Shown here one piece after another: positions 31,034-42,442 of a stretch of 64,000 bases of DNA (the first letter of the stretch is position 1; every line of letters starts with the position of its first letter). The notes beneath the pieces are model-generated. The model was not told the DNA's origin. It searched no databases and saw only the letters and a list, made by a program, of their open reading frames with translations. A program made the translations under genes and the position numbers. The stretch lies in assembly GCA_963771175.1 (NCBI GenBank), contig CAVYSY010000024.1, positions 64,001 through 128,000 of the forward strand. Reading direction: 5' to 3'. This DNA is from an uncultured delta proteobacterium. Its GTDB lineage: Bacteria; Myxococcota; Myxococcia; Myxococcales; Myxococcaceae.

Positions 31034-31963
31034 TCAAGGTCCCGTCTGTTGGCGCCGGCCCGCCGGGTTCTTGCAGTTCACGACGGCCTGGTTGGCGAGG
31101 CCCATGAACTCGGGCTCCGAGCCCAGCAGTCTGTCGAGATCATCATCCTGGAACGAGCCCTCGGCGAGAGCGTAGCCGAGCTTCACCGCCTGCCGCAGTG
31201 ACTCCATCGCCCGAGGCTTGTCGGCGAGCTGACTGTAGGCACAGGCCAGGTGGTAGTGGATGCTGGGCTCGCGCGCGTTGAGGTTGCGCGCCCGGAGCAG
31301 CGCGTCGATGGCCTCGCTCGCCTGGCGGCGCATGAGCTGCGCGGTACCCAGCCCGAAGAAGGCCACCCAGTTGCGGTCGTCGTGGGTGATGCTGCGCTCG
31401 AACTCGGCCACCGAGCCACTCACGTCCTTCAGCTCCACCAGCAGCCGGTTGGCCTTCTCCAGCGACTCCTTGGCGGCCTCGGGGTTGCGCTTCTCCGTGC
31501 GCAGGCGCGCCACGGAGGACACTCCGGTGCGAGCCTGGGTCGCCGCGGGCACCGCCGCTGGGGCCGGCAGCAGCAACAGCAGCCCCTCCTCGCCCAGCAC
31601 CGGCGACTGGCACCCTTTCCGCGGCCGCACCCAGGCCGTCAGCGAGCGATCCACCGGGCTGTAGAAGGCGAGGATGGGGAGCGTCTCCTCCGCGGGGCAC
31701 GAGGTCCCCCGCAGGCACACGGTGAGCTGCCCCACCAGCACGTTGCCCTGGAACTCGCCCTCCAGCACCGGACGCCGGCGCCCGGAGCCGCAGGCCCCAC
31801 CCTCGGTGGCATACGCCACCAGCCGCTCGCGCTCGGTGCTCACCTCCACCCGACCCAGCACGTCCGCCTGGTAGCTCCCCGAAAGGACGACTCCCGCCCA
31901 CGCGGAGACCGGGGCTGCGGCGATGAGGGCCGCGAGGCCGATTGTTCTAGAAACGGACGTCAT
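31034..31963 (-). CDS. Secreted TPR-domain protein
   Basis: Signal peptide (LAALIAAAPVSAWA), Cys-containing N-domain, C-terminal TPRs (YHLACAYSQL). Confidence 0.75.
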   Translation of the reverse strand: MTSVSRTIGLAALIAAAPVSAWAGVVLSGSYQADVLGRVEVSTERERLVAYATEGGACGSGRRRPVLEGEFQGNVLVGQLTVCLRGTSCPAEETLPILAFYSPVDRSLTAWVRPRKGCQSPVLGEEGLLLLLPAPAAVPAATQARTGVSSVARLRTEKRNPEAAKESLEKANRLLVELKDVSGSVAEFERSITHDDRNWVAFFGLGTAQLMRRQASEAIDALLRARNLNAREPSIHYHLACAYSQLADKPRAMESLRQAVKLGYALAEGSFQDDDLDRLLGSEPEFMGLANQAVVNCKNPAGRRQQTGP

Positions 31964-32126
31964 GGAGTGGGAGCGGCGCCATCATAGGAGGCAGCTGGCT
32001 GGGTTGTAAACGCGCTCCAGATGGCTTGACCCGTTCCCCTGGCGTTCTTATCATTCCTCCAGGCATTCCTGGGTTTTCCCAGGAGTTTCAACGATTTGCA
32101 GTTCGGAGAGGTTGAGTAGAAGGGTT

Positions 32127-32315
32127 GTCCCCTGCGGGGCGCGTGATGCCCAGCAGAAATTCGAACCGATACGTCCATAACGGGGTCCGTTCCGGGTTCC
32201 ATGAGCAAGCCCTCCCCTCGCGGGATGAGGGAAGCCTACGGCGCCAAGATTTGGTCCCCACCTGGCTTTTCTAGGGTTCAATGGACGCTAGGCACACGGC
32301 CATTCGGCGGGGGAC
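32127..32315 (+). ncRNA. ssrS: 6S RNA
   Basis: About 190 nt with complementary ends (gtcccctgc...gcgggggac, then T-run), directly upstream of 5-formyl-THF cyclo-ligase, the well-known ssrS-ygfA arrangement. Confidence 0.78.
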
Positions 32316-32344
32316 TTTTTCTTTCTCTTGGCGGGAGTGGGGCG

Positions 32345-32971
32345 GTGGCGAGCGAGACGGTGGCACAAGAGGGGGCAGCTCGGAAGGTGTCGCTGCGTGA
32401 GGAGCTGACGGCTCGGCGCAAGGCGATGACGCCGGATATCATCGACGAGCGCGGACTGAAGGTTCAGTCACGATTCCTGGCAACGCCCTATTACCAAAAG
32501 GCACGGACGGTGGCGCTCTACGCCCCCATTCGGGGTGAAGTGCCCACGCGGGACATCCTCATCGCGGCGCTGCAGGACGAGAAGATCGTCTGCTACCCGC
32601 TGTCCCATGTCCATGGACGTATTCTTTCCTTCCGGGCCATCCGGTCCGAGGGCGAGCTGGAGCCGGGGCGGCTCGGAGTCCGCGAGCCCACCAACTCCGC
32701 CGAGCTCATCCCGGTGGACCAGATCGACCTGTTCGTGGTGCCCGGACTGGGCTTCACGCGAGACGGCAAGAGGCTGGGCCGGGGTGGCGGCTACTATGAC
32801 GCCACGCTGAAGGCGGCCTCGGCTCGCAGCCGTCGGGTAGGGCTGGCCTTCGGGGACCAAATCGTCGATACCATGCCGACGAACGCCGACGACGTGGACA
32901 TGGACCTCGTCGTGACCGAGGCGGAAACATTGCGCGGGCTCTACCGCGACTGGGATTTCCTGGACACGTGA
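32345..32971 (+). CDS. ygfA: 5-formyltetrahydrofolate cyclo-ligase
   Basis: IDLFVVPGLGFTRDGKRLGRGGGYYD motif. Confidence 0.92.
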   Translation: MASETVAQEGAARKVSLREELTARRKAMTPDIIDERGLKVQSRFLATPYYQKARTVALYAPIRGEVPTRDILIAALQDEKIVCYPLSHVHGRILSFRAIRSEGELEPGRLGVREPTNSAELIPVDQIDLFVVPGLGFTRDGKRLGRGGGYYDATLKAASARSRRVGLAFGDQIVDTMPTNADDVDMDLVVTEAETLRGLYRDWDFLDT

Positions 32972-33759
32972 AAGTACTCTTCATGGGCGATGTGGTGGGC
33001 AAGCCAGGCGTCATGGCTGTGCGCACCCTCCTCCCCAAGCTCATCGCGCGCCACTCGGTGGACCTGTGCGTCGCCAACGCTGAAAACAGCGAAGGCGGCG
33101 CCGGCATCTCCCCTGAGTCGGCCGAAGCGCTGCTCGGCAGTGAGGTCAACCTCCTGACGAGCGGCAATCATTTCTGGACGAAGAAGCAGATCCTGCCCTG
33201 GGTGGAGGACAACCCCACCCTGCTCCTGCGCCCGGCCAACTACCCCAAGGGGGCACCGGGCAGGGGGCACACCGTCATCCAGACGCCGGACGGGCGCAAG
33301 CTCGGGGTGCTCAACCTCGAGGGCCGTACCTTCATGAAGCCGTTGGACAACCCGTTCACGGTGGCGGTGGACCTGGTGGCGGAGTTGCGCAAGCAGACGC
33401 CCTGCATCCTGGTGGACATGCACTGCGAGGCCTCCAGCGAGAAGAACGCCATGGGGGCCCACCTGGACGGCAAGGTGTCCGCGGTCGTGGGCACGCACAC
33501 GCACGTGCAGACGGCCGACGAGCGGATTCTCCCCGGCGGCACCGCCTTCATCACCGACGTGGGCATGTGTGGCCCGCTGGACTCCGTCATCGGGGTGAAG
33601 AAGGAGCTGTCCGTCGAGCGCTTCATCACCCTGCGCAACACCCCCTACGAGGTAGCCAAGAATCTCGTCTACCTGCAGGGCGTGGTCATCGACATGGATG
33701 ACAAGACGGGGAAGGCGCGGAGCATCGAGCGCGTCCGCGAGCACCTGCCGGGCACCTGA
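32968..33759 (+). CDS. ymdB: YmdB/TIGR00282 metallophosphoesterase
   Basis: GDVVG, NAEN, TSGNH, RPANYP, DMHCEASSEK, GTHTHVQTAD, TDVGMCG. Confidence 0.92.
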   Translation: MKVLFMGDVVGKPGVMAVRTLLPKLIARHSVDLCVANAENSEGGAGISPESAEALLGSEVNLLTSGNHFWTKKQILPWVEDNPTLLLRPANYPKGAPGRGHTVIQTPDGRKLGVLNLEGRTFMKPLDNPFTVAVDLVAELRKQTPCILVDMHCEASSEKNAMGAHLDGKVSAVVGTHTHVQTADERILPGGTAFITDVGMCGPLDSVIGVKKELSVERFITLRNTPYEVAKNLVYLQGVVIDMDDKTGKARSIERVREHLPGT

Positions 33760-33803
33760 TTCCGCGCGTCTCTCCGGTGGTTTTCGGTTAGGTTTCCCGC
33801 GTC

Positions 33804-35067
33804 ATGTCCGAAAACCCGCTGCGCAAGGCGACTCCCCAGGAGCAGTTCGACGAAGTGACCCGCGGCACCGTGGACATCCAGGTGCCCGAGGAGCTCAAGA
33901 AGAAGCTCGAGCGCTCGTACGAGACGGGCAAGCCGCTCGTCATCAAGGCGGGCTTCGATCCGAGCCGCCCGGACCTGCACCTGGGCCACTCGCTGCTGCT
34001 CACGCGCATGCGGCGCTTCCAGGACTTCGGTCACCAGGTGGTGTTCCTCATCGGTGACTTCACCGCGCTCATCGGTGATCCCACGGGGAAGAACACCACG
34101 CGCCCCGCCCTCACCCGCGACGAGGTGAAGGTCAACGCCCAGACGTACCAGGAGCAGGTCTTCAAGGTGCTGGACGCGGCGAAGACGCAGGTGCGCTTCA
34201 ACTCCGAGTGGTTGGACAAGCTGGGCACCGAGGGGATGATCCGCCTGGCGGCGCGCTACTCGGTGCAGCGCATGCTGGAGCGCGATGACTTCAAGAAGCG
34301 CTTCCGGGAGAACCGCTCCATCGCCATCCACGAGTTCCTCTACCCGCTGCTGCAGGGCTACGACTCGGTGGCGCTGAAGGCGGACGTGGAGCTGGGCGCG
34401 ACGGATCAGCTCTTCAACCTGCTGGTGGGCCGGCAGCTCATGAAGGAAGAGGGCATGGAGCCGCAGGTCATCATGACCGGGCCCATCCTCGAGGGCCTGG
34501 ACGCGAAGATGGTCGACGGGAAGATCGTCGGCGACAAGATGTCCAAGAGCCTGGACAACTACGTGGGCATCAGCGAGGCGCCGGAGCAGATCTACGGCAA
34601 GCTGATGAGCATCACGGACGACCTGATGTGGCGCTACTACGAGCTGCTGTCGTCGCGGTCGCTCAAGGAGCTCGCCGAGCTGAAGGCGAAGGTGGCGAGG
34701 CGGGGAGCTGCACCCGAAGGCGGCGAAGTCGGGGTTCGCGCAGGAGATCGCCGCGCGCTTCCACGACGAGGAGTCGGCGCGCAAGGCGATGCAGGCCTGG
34801 GAGGAGCGCTACTCGCAGAAGAAGATCGTCGCCGAGGACCAGCCGCTGGCGGAGGTGTCGCTGGGAGGGGCGCCGAAGATGCCGCTGGCGAAGGCCCTGG
34901 CGGAGGCGAAGCTGGTGGCATCGGTGACGGAGGGCCGCAAGCTGATGGGCCAGGGCGGCGTGCGGGTGAACGGGGAGAAGGTGTCCGACTCCAAGCACGA
35001 GCTGGAGGCCGGCGAGTACCTGGTGCAGGTGGGCAAGCACAAGTCCGCGCGCCTCAAGCTGGCCTGA
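33804..35067 (+). CDS. tyrS: Tyrosine--tRNA ligase (apparent frameshift near 34700)
   Basis: [26 protein letters not shown]; the S4 domain continues in ORF 34789-35067. Confidence 0.95.
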
Positions 35068-35177
35068 CGCAGGCAGCCGCCGGCGGGTGTGCCGCGGCCT
35101 TCATCGAAGACGCGATATTCGAACCCGTGGAGGACACTCCGACTCCACGGGTTCAAATCCCGCCCCGCCCTACCCGC

Positions 35178-37334
35178 TCACCAGATGCGCACGCGCTGCT
35201 CGGGAGTGAGGTAGAGCGACTGCCCGGGCGCGGCGCCGAAAGCCTGGTACCAGGCGTCGAGGTTGCGCACCGTCGAAGCGCGGTACTCGCCCGGCGAGTG
35301 CCCGTCCGTCAGCAGGGTGCGGCGGAGGAACGGCTCGCGGTACTTGTTGCGCCAGACCTGACCGAAGCCGAGGAAGAAACGCTGGTCCCCGGTGAAGCCC
35401 TCGAGCACCGGTGCCGGCTTTCCGCCCAGCGACAGCCGGTAGGCATCGTGGGCAATCGCCAGACCGGCGACGTCGGCGATGTTCTCACCCAGGGTCAGCT
35501 CGCCATTCACCGCGACGTCGGCCAGCGGCTTGTAGGCGCTGTACTGCGCGACGAGCGCCTGGCCGGCGGCCTTGAACTTCGCCGCGTCCTCCTTCGTCCA
35601 CCAGTTCGCCAGCTTGCCCCGAGCGTCGAACTGCGCGCCGACGTCGTCGAAGCTGTGCACGATCTCGTGTCCGATGACGGAACCGATGCCGCCGTAGTTC
35701 ACCGCCGGGTCGGCGTTCGGATCGAAGAAGGGCGGCTGCAGGATGGCCGCGGGGAAGGTGATGGAGTTCTGCTGCGGAGAGTTCAGCGCGTTCACGAGCT
35801 GCGGAACCATGAACCACTCCGACCTGTCCACCGGCTTGCCGAGCTTGTCCAGGTTGCGCCGATACTCGAAGCGTGACGCGCGCTCGGCGTTGCCGTAGGC
35901 GTCCCCGCGCACGATCTCCAGCCCCGAATAGTCACGCCACTTCGCCGGGTGGCCGATGCCCACCTGGAGGGTGGCCAGCTTCTCCTTCGCGCGCGCCTTC
36001 GTCTCCGGGGACATCCACGCCAGCGAGTCGATGCGCTGGCCGAACGCCGCGATGATGTTGCGCACCATCTTGTCGGCCTCCGCCTTGGCCTCCGGCGGGA
36101 AGTACTTCTCGACGTAGAGCTTGCCGATGGCCTCCCCCAGCGCCATGCCGGTGAAGTCGACGCCGCGCTTCCAGCGCTCACGAATCTGCTGCGCGCCCGA
36201 GAGCACGCGGCCATTGAACGCGAAGGACTCGTCCACGAAGGCCTTGGGCAGGAGGGGCGCGGCGCGCTTGATGGCGTGGAAGGCCAGGTAGTCCTTCCAG
36301 GTCTGCACGGGCTGGCTACCGACGAGCTTCGCGATTCCCGTCACCGCGCTCGGCTGCCAGACGATGAACTCGCGCTGCTGCCCGAGGCCCGCGGCGCCAA
36401 ACCAGGCATTCCAATCGAGGCCGGGCGCGCGCTTCGAGAACTCGTCCCGAGGCCAGGGGTTGTTCACCTTGGCGACGTCCTGCGTGTCCACCTGGGCCCA
36501 GTGGACCCGAGCGATCTCCCGCTCGAGCTCGAAGATGCGACGCGCCTTGGCGTCCGCGTCGGAGATGCCCGCCAGGCGCAGCATGGCCGCGATGTGCTGC
36601 TGGTACTTCTGGCGCACCTCCGTGAACCGGGCGTTGTCGACGAGGTAGTAGTCGCGATCCGGCAGGCCCAGGCCACCCTGCAGCAGATAGGCGGCGTAGC
36701 GCGACGGCTCGTTCAGGTCCTCGGTCACCCAGAAGCCGAAGAGCCGATCGGTGGTGACTTGGCCGGTGTTGAGCGCATCGACGTCGGCGCGCAGCGTGTC
36801 ACCCAGCACGGTGGCGAGCTCGCTCCGGGTGGAGATGGCGGCGATGCGGTCGAGCTCCGGCTTGAGCGGCGACACGCCCTTCGCCTCGATGGCCGTCTCG
36901 TCCATGAAGCTCGCGAAGGCGTCACCCAGCTTACGGACCTCGCTGCCCTCGGGTGCGTTGGAGCTCGCGGCCTCCTCGATCAGCGCGCGCGTACGCTGGC
37001 CCGCCTCTTCCGCGAGCCTCGTGAACATGCCGTAGCGCGACTGGTCCGCCGGAATTTCCGCCTTCTCGAGCCATGTGCCGTTGACGAAGCGGTAGAAGCT
37101 GTCGCCGGGCGCCACGGACCTGTCCATCCCGGCGGTGTCGATACCGAAGCCGCCGTAGGTGGGCTTCGGGCCAGGCGCCGGGGCGGCTGGGGCCGCGGGA
37201 GGCGGCGTCACCTGCGTCGGCGCGGTCGCCTTGTCCATCGGCGTGGACGTGGCACACGCGGCGAGCAACGCGGATGCACTGGCCGAGAGAACCACGCGCG
37301 CGGCACCCGGAATACGTCGGAACTTCGATGTCAT
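35178..37334 (-). CDS. M13 family zinc metallopeptidase lipoprotein
   Basis: Lipobox [44 protein letters not shown]. Confidence 0.93.
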   Translation of the reverse strand: MTSKFRRIPGAARVVLSASASALLAACATSTPMDKATAPTQVTPPPAAPAAPAPGPKPTYGGFGIDTAGMDRSVAPGDSFYRFVNGTWLEKAEIPADQSRYGMFTRLAEEAGQRTRALIEEAASSNAPEGSEVRKLGDAFASFMDETAIEAKGVSPLKPELDRIAAISTRSELATVLGDTLRADVDALNTGQVTTDRLFGFWVTEDLNEPSRYAAYLLQGGLGLPDRDYYLVDNARFTEVRQKYQQHIAAMLRLAGISDADAKARRIFELEREIARVHWAQVDTQDVAKVNNPWPRDEFSKRAPGLDWNAWFGAAGLGQQREFIVWQPSAVTGIAKLVGSQPVQTWKDYLAFHAIKRAAPLLPKAFVDESFAFNGRVLSGAQQIRERWKRGVDFTGMALGEAIGKLYVEKYFPPEAKAEADKMVRNIIAAFGQRIDSLAWMSPETKARAKEKLATLQVGIGHPAKWRDYSGLEIVRGDAYGNAERASRFEYRRNLDKLGKPVDRSEWFMVPQLVNALNSPQQNSITFPAAILQPPFFDPNADPAVNYGGIGSVIGHEIVHSFDDVGAQFDARGKLANWWTKEDAAKFKAAGQALVAQYSAYKPLADVAVNGELTLGENIADVAGLAIAHDAYRLSLGGKPAPVLEGFTGDQRFFLGFGQVWRNKYREPFLRRTLLTDGHSPGEYRASTVRNLDAWYQAFGAAPGQSLYLTPEQRVRIW

Positions 37335-37544
37335 TGTGAAAGCCCCTCCTGAACATGCCACTCGAACGAAGGAGGACGAGCGGCCGAAAACCCGGGGCCC
37401 CCAACAGCAAGGACCGTTGCTTAATCCCGAGCGTCGAGTCCGGGACAGAAAGCCGGAACCGCTGGACAGATACCACTCCCTACTCGCCCCCCCTACCTCT
37501 GCACCCCACGCCAATGCCCTGGCTCGTCCCAGGGGGAGGGTTCG

Positions 37545-40034
37545 GTGTTGCGATACGACCGGTCATGGCTCAGGTATGCCCTGGGTTCCATCTGTGTGTT
37601 GACGGGCATGGCGTTGTTTCTCGCGACTCCGGGAGCCAGAGCCACCGCTCCAGCCCCCCTGGCCCTGCCGGGTGGCTTCACCCAGGAGGTGATCGCCTTG
37701 GGACTGAACCTCCCGACGATGTTCGCGCCCCTCCCGGATGGCCGCATCCTGATTGCCGAGAAGGCAGGCGTGGTGAAGGTCTTCAAGAACGGGGCCATCC
37801 TGGGCACGCCCTTCATCGACCTCCGGGCTCGCGTCAATGACTTCTCCGACCGCGGGCTCCTGGGAATGACCATCGACCCGGACTTCGCGAGGAACGGCTT
37901 CGTCTACCTGCTCTACATCTACGAGAACGATCCGAACGACTACGAAGGGCCCAAGACGGGACGGCTGGCGCGCTATACGGCCGTGGGCGACATGGCCTCG
38001 CCGGACAGCGAGGCGGTGCTCCTGGGCACCACCGTGGGCCGCTCCTGTTTCGACTTCCCGGCGGGCACCGACTGCATCCCCGCGGACAGCGCGTCCCATT
38101 CCGTGGGCAACCTCAAGTTCGCTCCCGATGGCAGTCTCTTCGTGACCCTGGGCGATGCGGCCTTCTCCGTCGTCGACCCCAACGCGCTCAGGTCGCAGGA
38201 CCTCGACTCCCTCGCGGGCAAGCTGCTCCGCATCACGCCGAGCGGCTCCGGCCTGCCGACGAATCCCTATTGGAATGGCTCCGGCAACGCCAACCGCTCG
38301 AAGGTCTGGAGCCTCGGCCTGCGCAACACCTTCCGGTTCAACCTGCGTCCGGGCAGCGGAGTCCCCTACCTGGCCGACGTCGGCTGGAATGACTTCGAGG
38401 AGATCAACGTCGCGACCCCGGGGGCCAACTTCGGCTGGCCGTGTTACGAGGGCTTCCAACGCCAGAGCGGCTTCGAGCCCTTCGCGGAGTGCCAGGCCCT
38501 CTATGCGCGCGGCCCGTCCGCCGTGAAGATGCCGCTCTTCGTCTATGATCACGGCGGCATCGGCGCGTCCATCACCGGAGGGGTGTTCTATTCCGGTACC
38601 GCCTACCCCACCCTCTATCAGGACGCCTTCTTCTTCGGGGACTTCGCACGAGGCACGATGCATGTCCTGAAGGTGGATGCCAACGACAACCTGCTCAGCG
38701 TGGACCCGTTCGCGACCGGCATCGACGGGATGGTCAGTCTCGAGCTCGGCCCGGACTCCAACCTCTACTACCTCTCCGTCTTCCAGGGAGAGCTACGGCG
38801 CATCCGCTACGTGGGATCCAACTCCCCGCCTGTCGCGGCCGCCTCGGCCACTCCGACGAATGGCACCGCCCCCCTGAGCGTCCAGTTCTCGAGCGCCGGC
38901 TCGGAGGATCCAGAAGGCACGCTCCTGAGCTTCACCTGGGACTTCGGGGATGGCACGCCCACGACGAATCAGCCCCATCCGTTGCACACCTACTCCAGCA
39001 ATGGCACCTACACCGCGCGGCTGATCGTGGCGGATGCCCAGGGAGGCACCAGCTCGGCCGTGGTGGTCATCACCGTGGGCAACACCGCCCCCACCGTGAC
39101 CATCCACTCGCCCGATGCCTCTCTCCGGTTCAAGGTGGGAGACGTCATCATGTTCTCCGGCTCGGCGACGGACCCAGAGGACGGCGTCCTTCCTGATTCC
39201 AGCCTGGCCTGGACCGTCATCCTGCAACACTGCCCCGGCGGTGACTGTCACCCCCACCCGCACCTCTCGATCACGGGAGCGCAAGGCAGCTTCACCATCC
39301 CGGATCACGGGAGTGATTACTTCTTCGAGCTCCGGCTCACCGCCACGAACGCCAGCGGGCTGTCGGCCACCAAGAGCGTACTCCTCCAGCCCCAGACGAT
39401 GCTGCTCACCGTGGACACCTTTCCCTCCGGGTTGCAGGTGGTGTACGACGGCACGCCCGGAACGGCGCCCCTGACGCGCACGGCGATCGTCGGCACCCGC
39501 CACACGCTCTACACGCCGACCCCCCAGGAGGAGTTCACGTTCGAGTCCTGGTCGGATGGGGGCGGGTTGCAGCACGACGTGATCGCCGGCACGACGGATA
39601 CCACGTACACCGCGACCTTCACCGCGCCGTGGCCCGAGTCATGCCCGGTGGGACAGTTCCGCGCGGAGTACTTCAACAATACCTTCCTCGCCGGCCCTCC
39701 TTCACGCGTCCGCTGCGAGCCCTCCCCCGTCGACTACGACTGGGGAGAGGGTGCACCACCCGATACCGGACTCGGGCCGGACGAGTTCTCGGTCCGCTGG
39801 ACCGGGCGCATCTCCTTCTCCTCGGGCCTCTACAGGTTCACCGCCCGCGCCGATGATGGTGTGCGACTCTGGGTGGACGGTGGCGCACCGCTCATCGATG
39901 CCTGGAGGGATCAGTCTCCCACGCAGTACCGCGCCTACCGCTACCTCTCCCGAGGTGAGCACACGGTGCAGCTCGAGTACTACGAAGCGGGGGGGGGCGC
40001 GGTCTGCCAGCTCCGCTGGGCCAGGACCTGGTAG
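37545..40034 (+). CDS. Secreted PQQ-dependent sugar dehydrogenase (GSDH) with PKD and PA14 domains
   Basis: LPDGRILIAEK, RGLLGMTIDPDF, GLRNTFR, NFGWPCYEG; PKD WDFGDG; PA14 FSVRWTG...DDGVRLWVDG; exact start uncertain. Confidence 0.88.
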   Translation: MLRYDRSWLRYALGSICVLTGMALFLATPGARATAPAPLALPGGFTQEVIALGLNLPTMFAPLPDGRILIAEKAGVVKVFKNGAILGTPFIDLRARVNDFSDRGLLGMTIDPDFARNGFVYLLYIYENDPNDYEGPKTGRLARYTAVGDMASPDSEAVLLGTTVGRSCFDFPAGTDCIPADSASHSVGNLKFAPDGSLFVTLGDAAFSVVDPNALRSQDLDSLAGKLLRITPSGSGLPTNPYWNGSGNANRSKVWSLGLRNTFRFNLRPGSGVPYLADVGWNDFEEINVATPGANFGWPCYEGFQRQSGFEPFAECQALYARGPSAVKMPLFVYDHGGIGASITGGVFYSGTAYPTLYQDAFFFGDFARGTMHVLKVDANDNLLSVDPFATGIDGMVSLELGPDSNLYYLSVFQGELRRIRYVGSNSPPVAAASATPTNGTAPLSVQFSSAGSEDPEGTLLSFTWDFGDGTPTTNQPHPLHTYSSNGTYTARLIVADAQGGTSSAVVVITVGNTAPTVTIHSPDASLRFKVGDVIMFSGSATDPEDGVLPDSSLAWTVILQHCPGGDCHPHPHLSITGAQGSFTIPDHGSDYFFELRLTATNASGLSATKSVLLQPQTMLLTVDTFPSGLQVVYDGTPGTAPLTRTAIVGTRHTLYTPTPQEEFTFESWSDGGGLQHDVIAGTTDTTYTATFTAPWPESCPVGQFRAEYFNNTFLAGPPSRVRCEPSPVDYDWGEGAPPDTGLGPDEFSVRWTGRISFSSGLYRFTARADDGVRLWVDGGAPLIDAWRDQSPTQYRAYRYLSRGEHTVQLEYYEAGGGAVCQLRWARTW

Positions 40035-40083
40035 GGAGGGACACGGTGGAAGAAGGCCGGGGTGAGGGTATCCTGCGCGGGCG

Positions 40084-41107
40084 ATGCGGCTCCTGACCCT
40101 GCTCCTGATTGGCCTGTGTACCCTCCCCTTCCGCGCCCACGCCTCGGGCGCCTTCGTCTCCGGCGTTGCGCTGGAGGCGGTGGACCAACCCGAGTCCACG
40201 AAGGTCGTCTTCACCGTCGAGCCGGACACGGCCTACCCGGTCCTCAAGAAGGGAGGCCCCGGCCGTGAGTGGTGCAAGCTGAAGGGGGCCACCGGCGAGG
40301 GCTGGGTGAAGTGTGACGGCACGGCGGACCTCCCGGAGAAGCCGCACCTCAGTGGAGAGTTCCTGGCGTCTCGGGATCGGGCTCCCGAGGCCGCTCCCCT
40401 GCCCTCCGATGTCCCCGCGGCCAAGGGCTGCGCCACCACCTGTGCCACCCCTCCCCTCTTCCGCCAGACACCGACGCTCAGCCCGGTGGACCGCGAGGTG
40501 CTCGGGATGTGCCCGGCGCGCCCGGACGCGTCGGTGAGCCGGGGCGACGTGCAGCGCTTCATGTCCGCGCACTACGACGACCCGCGCATCCAACGCGCCC
40601 TGTCCGCGGCGGGACGCCCCGGCGCGCGCCAGGCGAACATCGAGTGGCTCACGGGTCTCTGGGTGAGCACGGGCCCGCGCAACGCCTTCACCCACGTCTT
40701 CTGCGGCGACGACTGGACGACCCGCACCATCGGCGGGCTGCACTACCTGCCGCGCTACGCGCAGCTCGAGTCGGAGGGGAAGCTCTGCTTCGCCGGGCCC
40801 GGCCCGGGCGGCAAGGCGCTGCAGGGCTCGCAGTACCTCATCCGCTTCCGGGGCGTGGCACCGTGGTCCTGCGCCGAGAAGAAGCTCGGGGGCTTCTCCG
40901 GGGGCGAGGACCCGGTGGCATGGTGGCCATCGGCACCCGGGCCTTCGCCCGCTGCTGCACGCGCGGTGGGGCGAAGAAGGAGGGCGGCGTGTACTCGGTC
41001 CGGACCTCGGCGGCACCTCGTGGCAGATCTGGTGCGGCACGCGCAATGGCACCTACGGCATCGCCAGCCTGTACCCCACCGACGACAAGCCGAACTGCGG
41101 CGAGTGA
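40084..41107 (+). CDS. Secreted SH3-like plus bacterial EndoU nuclease domain protein (apparent frameshift near 40920)
   Basis: Signal peptide; SH3-like YPVL...EWCKL...GEGWV; EndoU-type FTHVFCGD...IGGLHY; ends SLYPTDDKPNCGE-stop at 41107. Confidence 0.72.
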
Positions 41108-41119
41108 GAGGAAGACACC

Positions 41120-41815
41120 ATGTGTGGCCGCGTCACCATCCAGACCCCCGCGTTGGCGCTCGCGCGTGCGTTCGCCCTCACCGGCATCCGCACCGCGCTC
41201 GAGCACCCCCGCTACAACCTCGCCCCCACCCAGTCGATGCCCGCCGTGGTCATCAACGACGGCGCGCGGATGCTGGACGCCTACCGCTGGGGCCTCATCC
41301 CCTCGTGGGCGAAGGACGCCTCCATCGGCAACAAGCTCATCAACGCCCGCGGCGAGACGGTGGCGGAGAAGCCCAGCTTCCGCTCCGCGCTCAAGCGCCG
41401 GCGCTGCCTGGTACTCGTGGACGGCTGGTTCGAGTGGAAGCAAAGCACGAAGCCCAAGACGCCCTTCCTCTTCCGCCGCAAGGACGGCCGGCCCCTGGCC
41501 TTCGCCGGGCTGTGGGAGGAGTGGAACGCCCCGGACACCGGCGAGGTGCTGCGCACCTGCACCGTCATCACCACCGGCCCCAACCGGCTGATGGCCCCCA
41601 TCCACGATCGGATGCCCGTCATCCTCTCCCACGAGGGCCAGGAGGTGTGGCTGCGCCCGGAGCCTCAGGAGGCCTCGGTGCTCCAGCCCCTGCTCGTGCC
41701 CTGTGACGACGGGCCCCTGGAGGCCTGGGAGGTGGCGCGCGTGGTGAACTCGCCCACGAACGACGTGGCGGCCTGTGTGGAGCGCGTGGCGAGTCAGGCC
41801 TCACTCCTCTCCTGA
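41120..41815 (+). CDS. SOS response-associated peptidase (SRAP/YedK), abasic-site protecting protein
   Basis: MCGR N-terminus, RYNLAP, WGLIPSW, INARGET, GWFEW, IHDRMPVIL. Confidence 0.93.
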   Translation: MCGRVTIQTPALALARAFALTGIRTALEHPRYNLAPTQSMPAVVINDGARMLDAYRWGLIPSWAKDASIGNKLINARGETVAEKPSFRSALKRRRCLVLVDGWFEWKQSTKPKTPFLFRRKDGRPLAFAGLWEEWNAPDTGEVLRTCTVITTGPNRLMAPIHDRMPVILSHEGQEVWLRPEPQEASVLQPLLVPCDDGPLEAWEVARVVNSPTNDVAACVERVASQASLLS

Positions 41816-41829
41816 CCCGCGGGTGACGC

Positions 41830-42442
41830 TCAGGTCGCGGGCGAGGCCCTGCGGCGCAGACCCACGAGGTACACCTCCATGCTGCGCGCCGCGGGTGGCC
41901 TCGGGACGCACCACCTTCACCTCCTCGAAGCTGGCGCGAATCTCGTTGCGGAACTCCTCGAACTCGCCGCCCATGAAGAGCTTGGCCACGAAGGCCGAGC
42001 CAGGCCGGCCCCGGGTGACGGACACCTCGAGCGCCTTGCGGGCCAACCGCAGGCTGCGCGCCTCGTCCGTGGTGCGGATGCCGCTCGTCTTGGGCGCCAT
42101 GTCCGAGATGACCGCGTCGAAGGGCCCCTCGTACATCTCGAGCAGCTTCGCGTCGAAGTCGTCGGCCAGCACGTCCAGCACCGCCGTCTTCACGTACTGC
42201 TGGGAGAAGGGGCGAATGGGTACGATATCCACCCCGATGACCCGACCATTGGGGCCCACCGCGTCGGCGAGGATCTGCAGGAAGCCGCCCGGAGCCGCAC
42301 CCAGGTCGAGCACCGTGGCGCCCTTCTTCAAGAAGGGGAAGCGCTTGAGGATCTCGTCCACCTTGAAGGCGGAGCGGGCCCTCAACCCTTCTTGCTTGGC
42401 TTTCTTGAAATAGTGGTCTTTCGGACGGTAGGGCTTGCTCAT
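41830..42442 (-). CDS. rlmE: 23S rRNA Um2552 methyltransferase RlmE (apparent frameshift near the 3' end)
   Basis: RARSAFK, LDLGAAPGG, VISDMAP, FVAKLF. Confidence 0.9.

Noticed and set aside
33804..35876. 690-aa TyrS with a novel C-terminal extension
   Set aside because: Frameshift near 34700; the true S4 domain is in another frame ending at 35067, and the extension overlaps the M13 gene antisense
27094..41815. Functional link between nfo loss and the SRAP gene
   Set aside because: They are 14 kb apart and SRAP is widespread; the sequence gives no evidence of compensation
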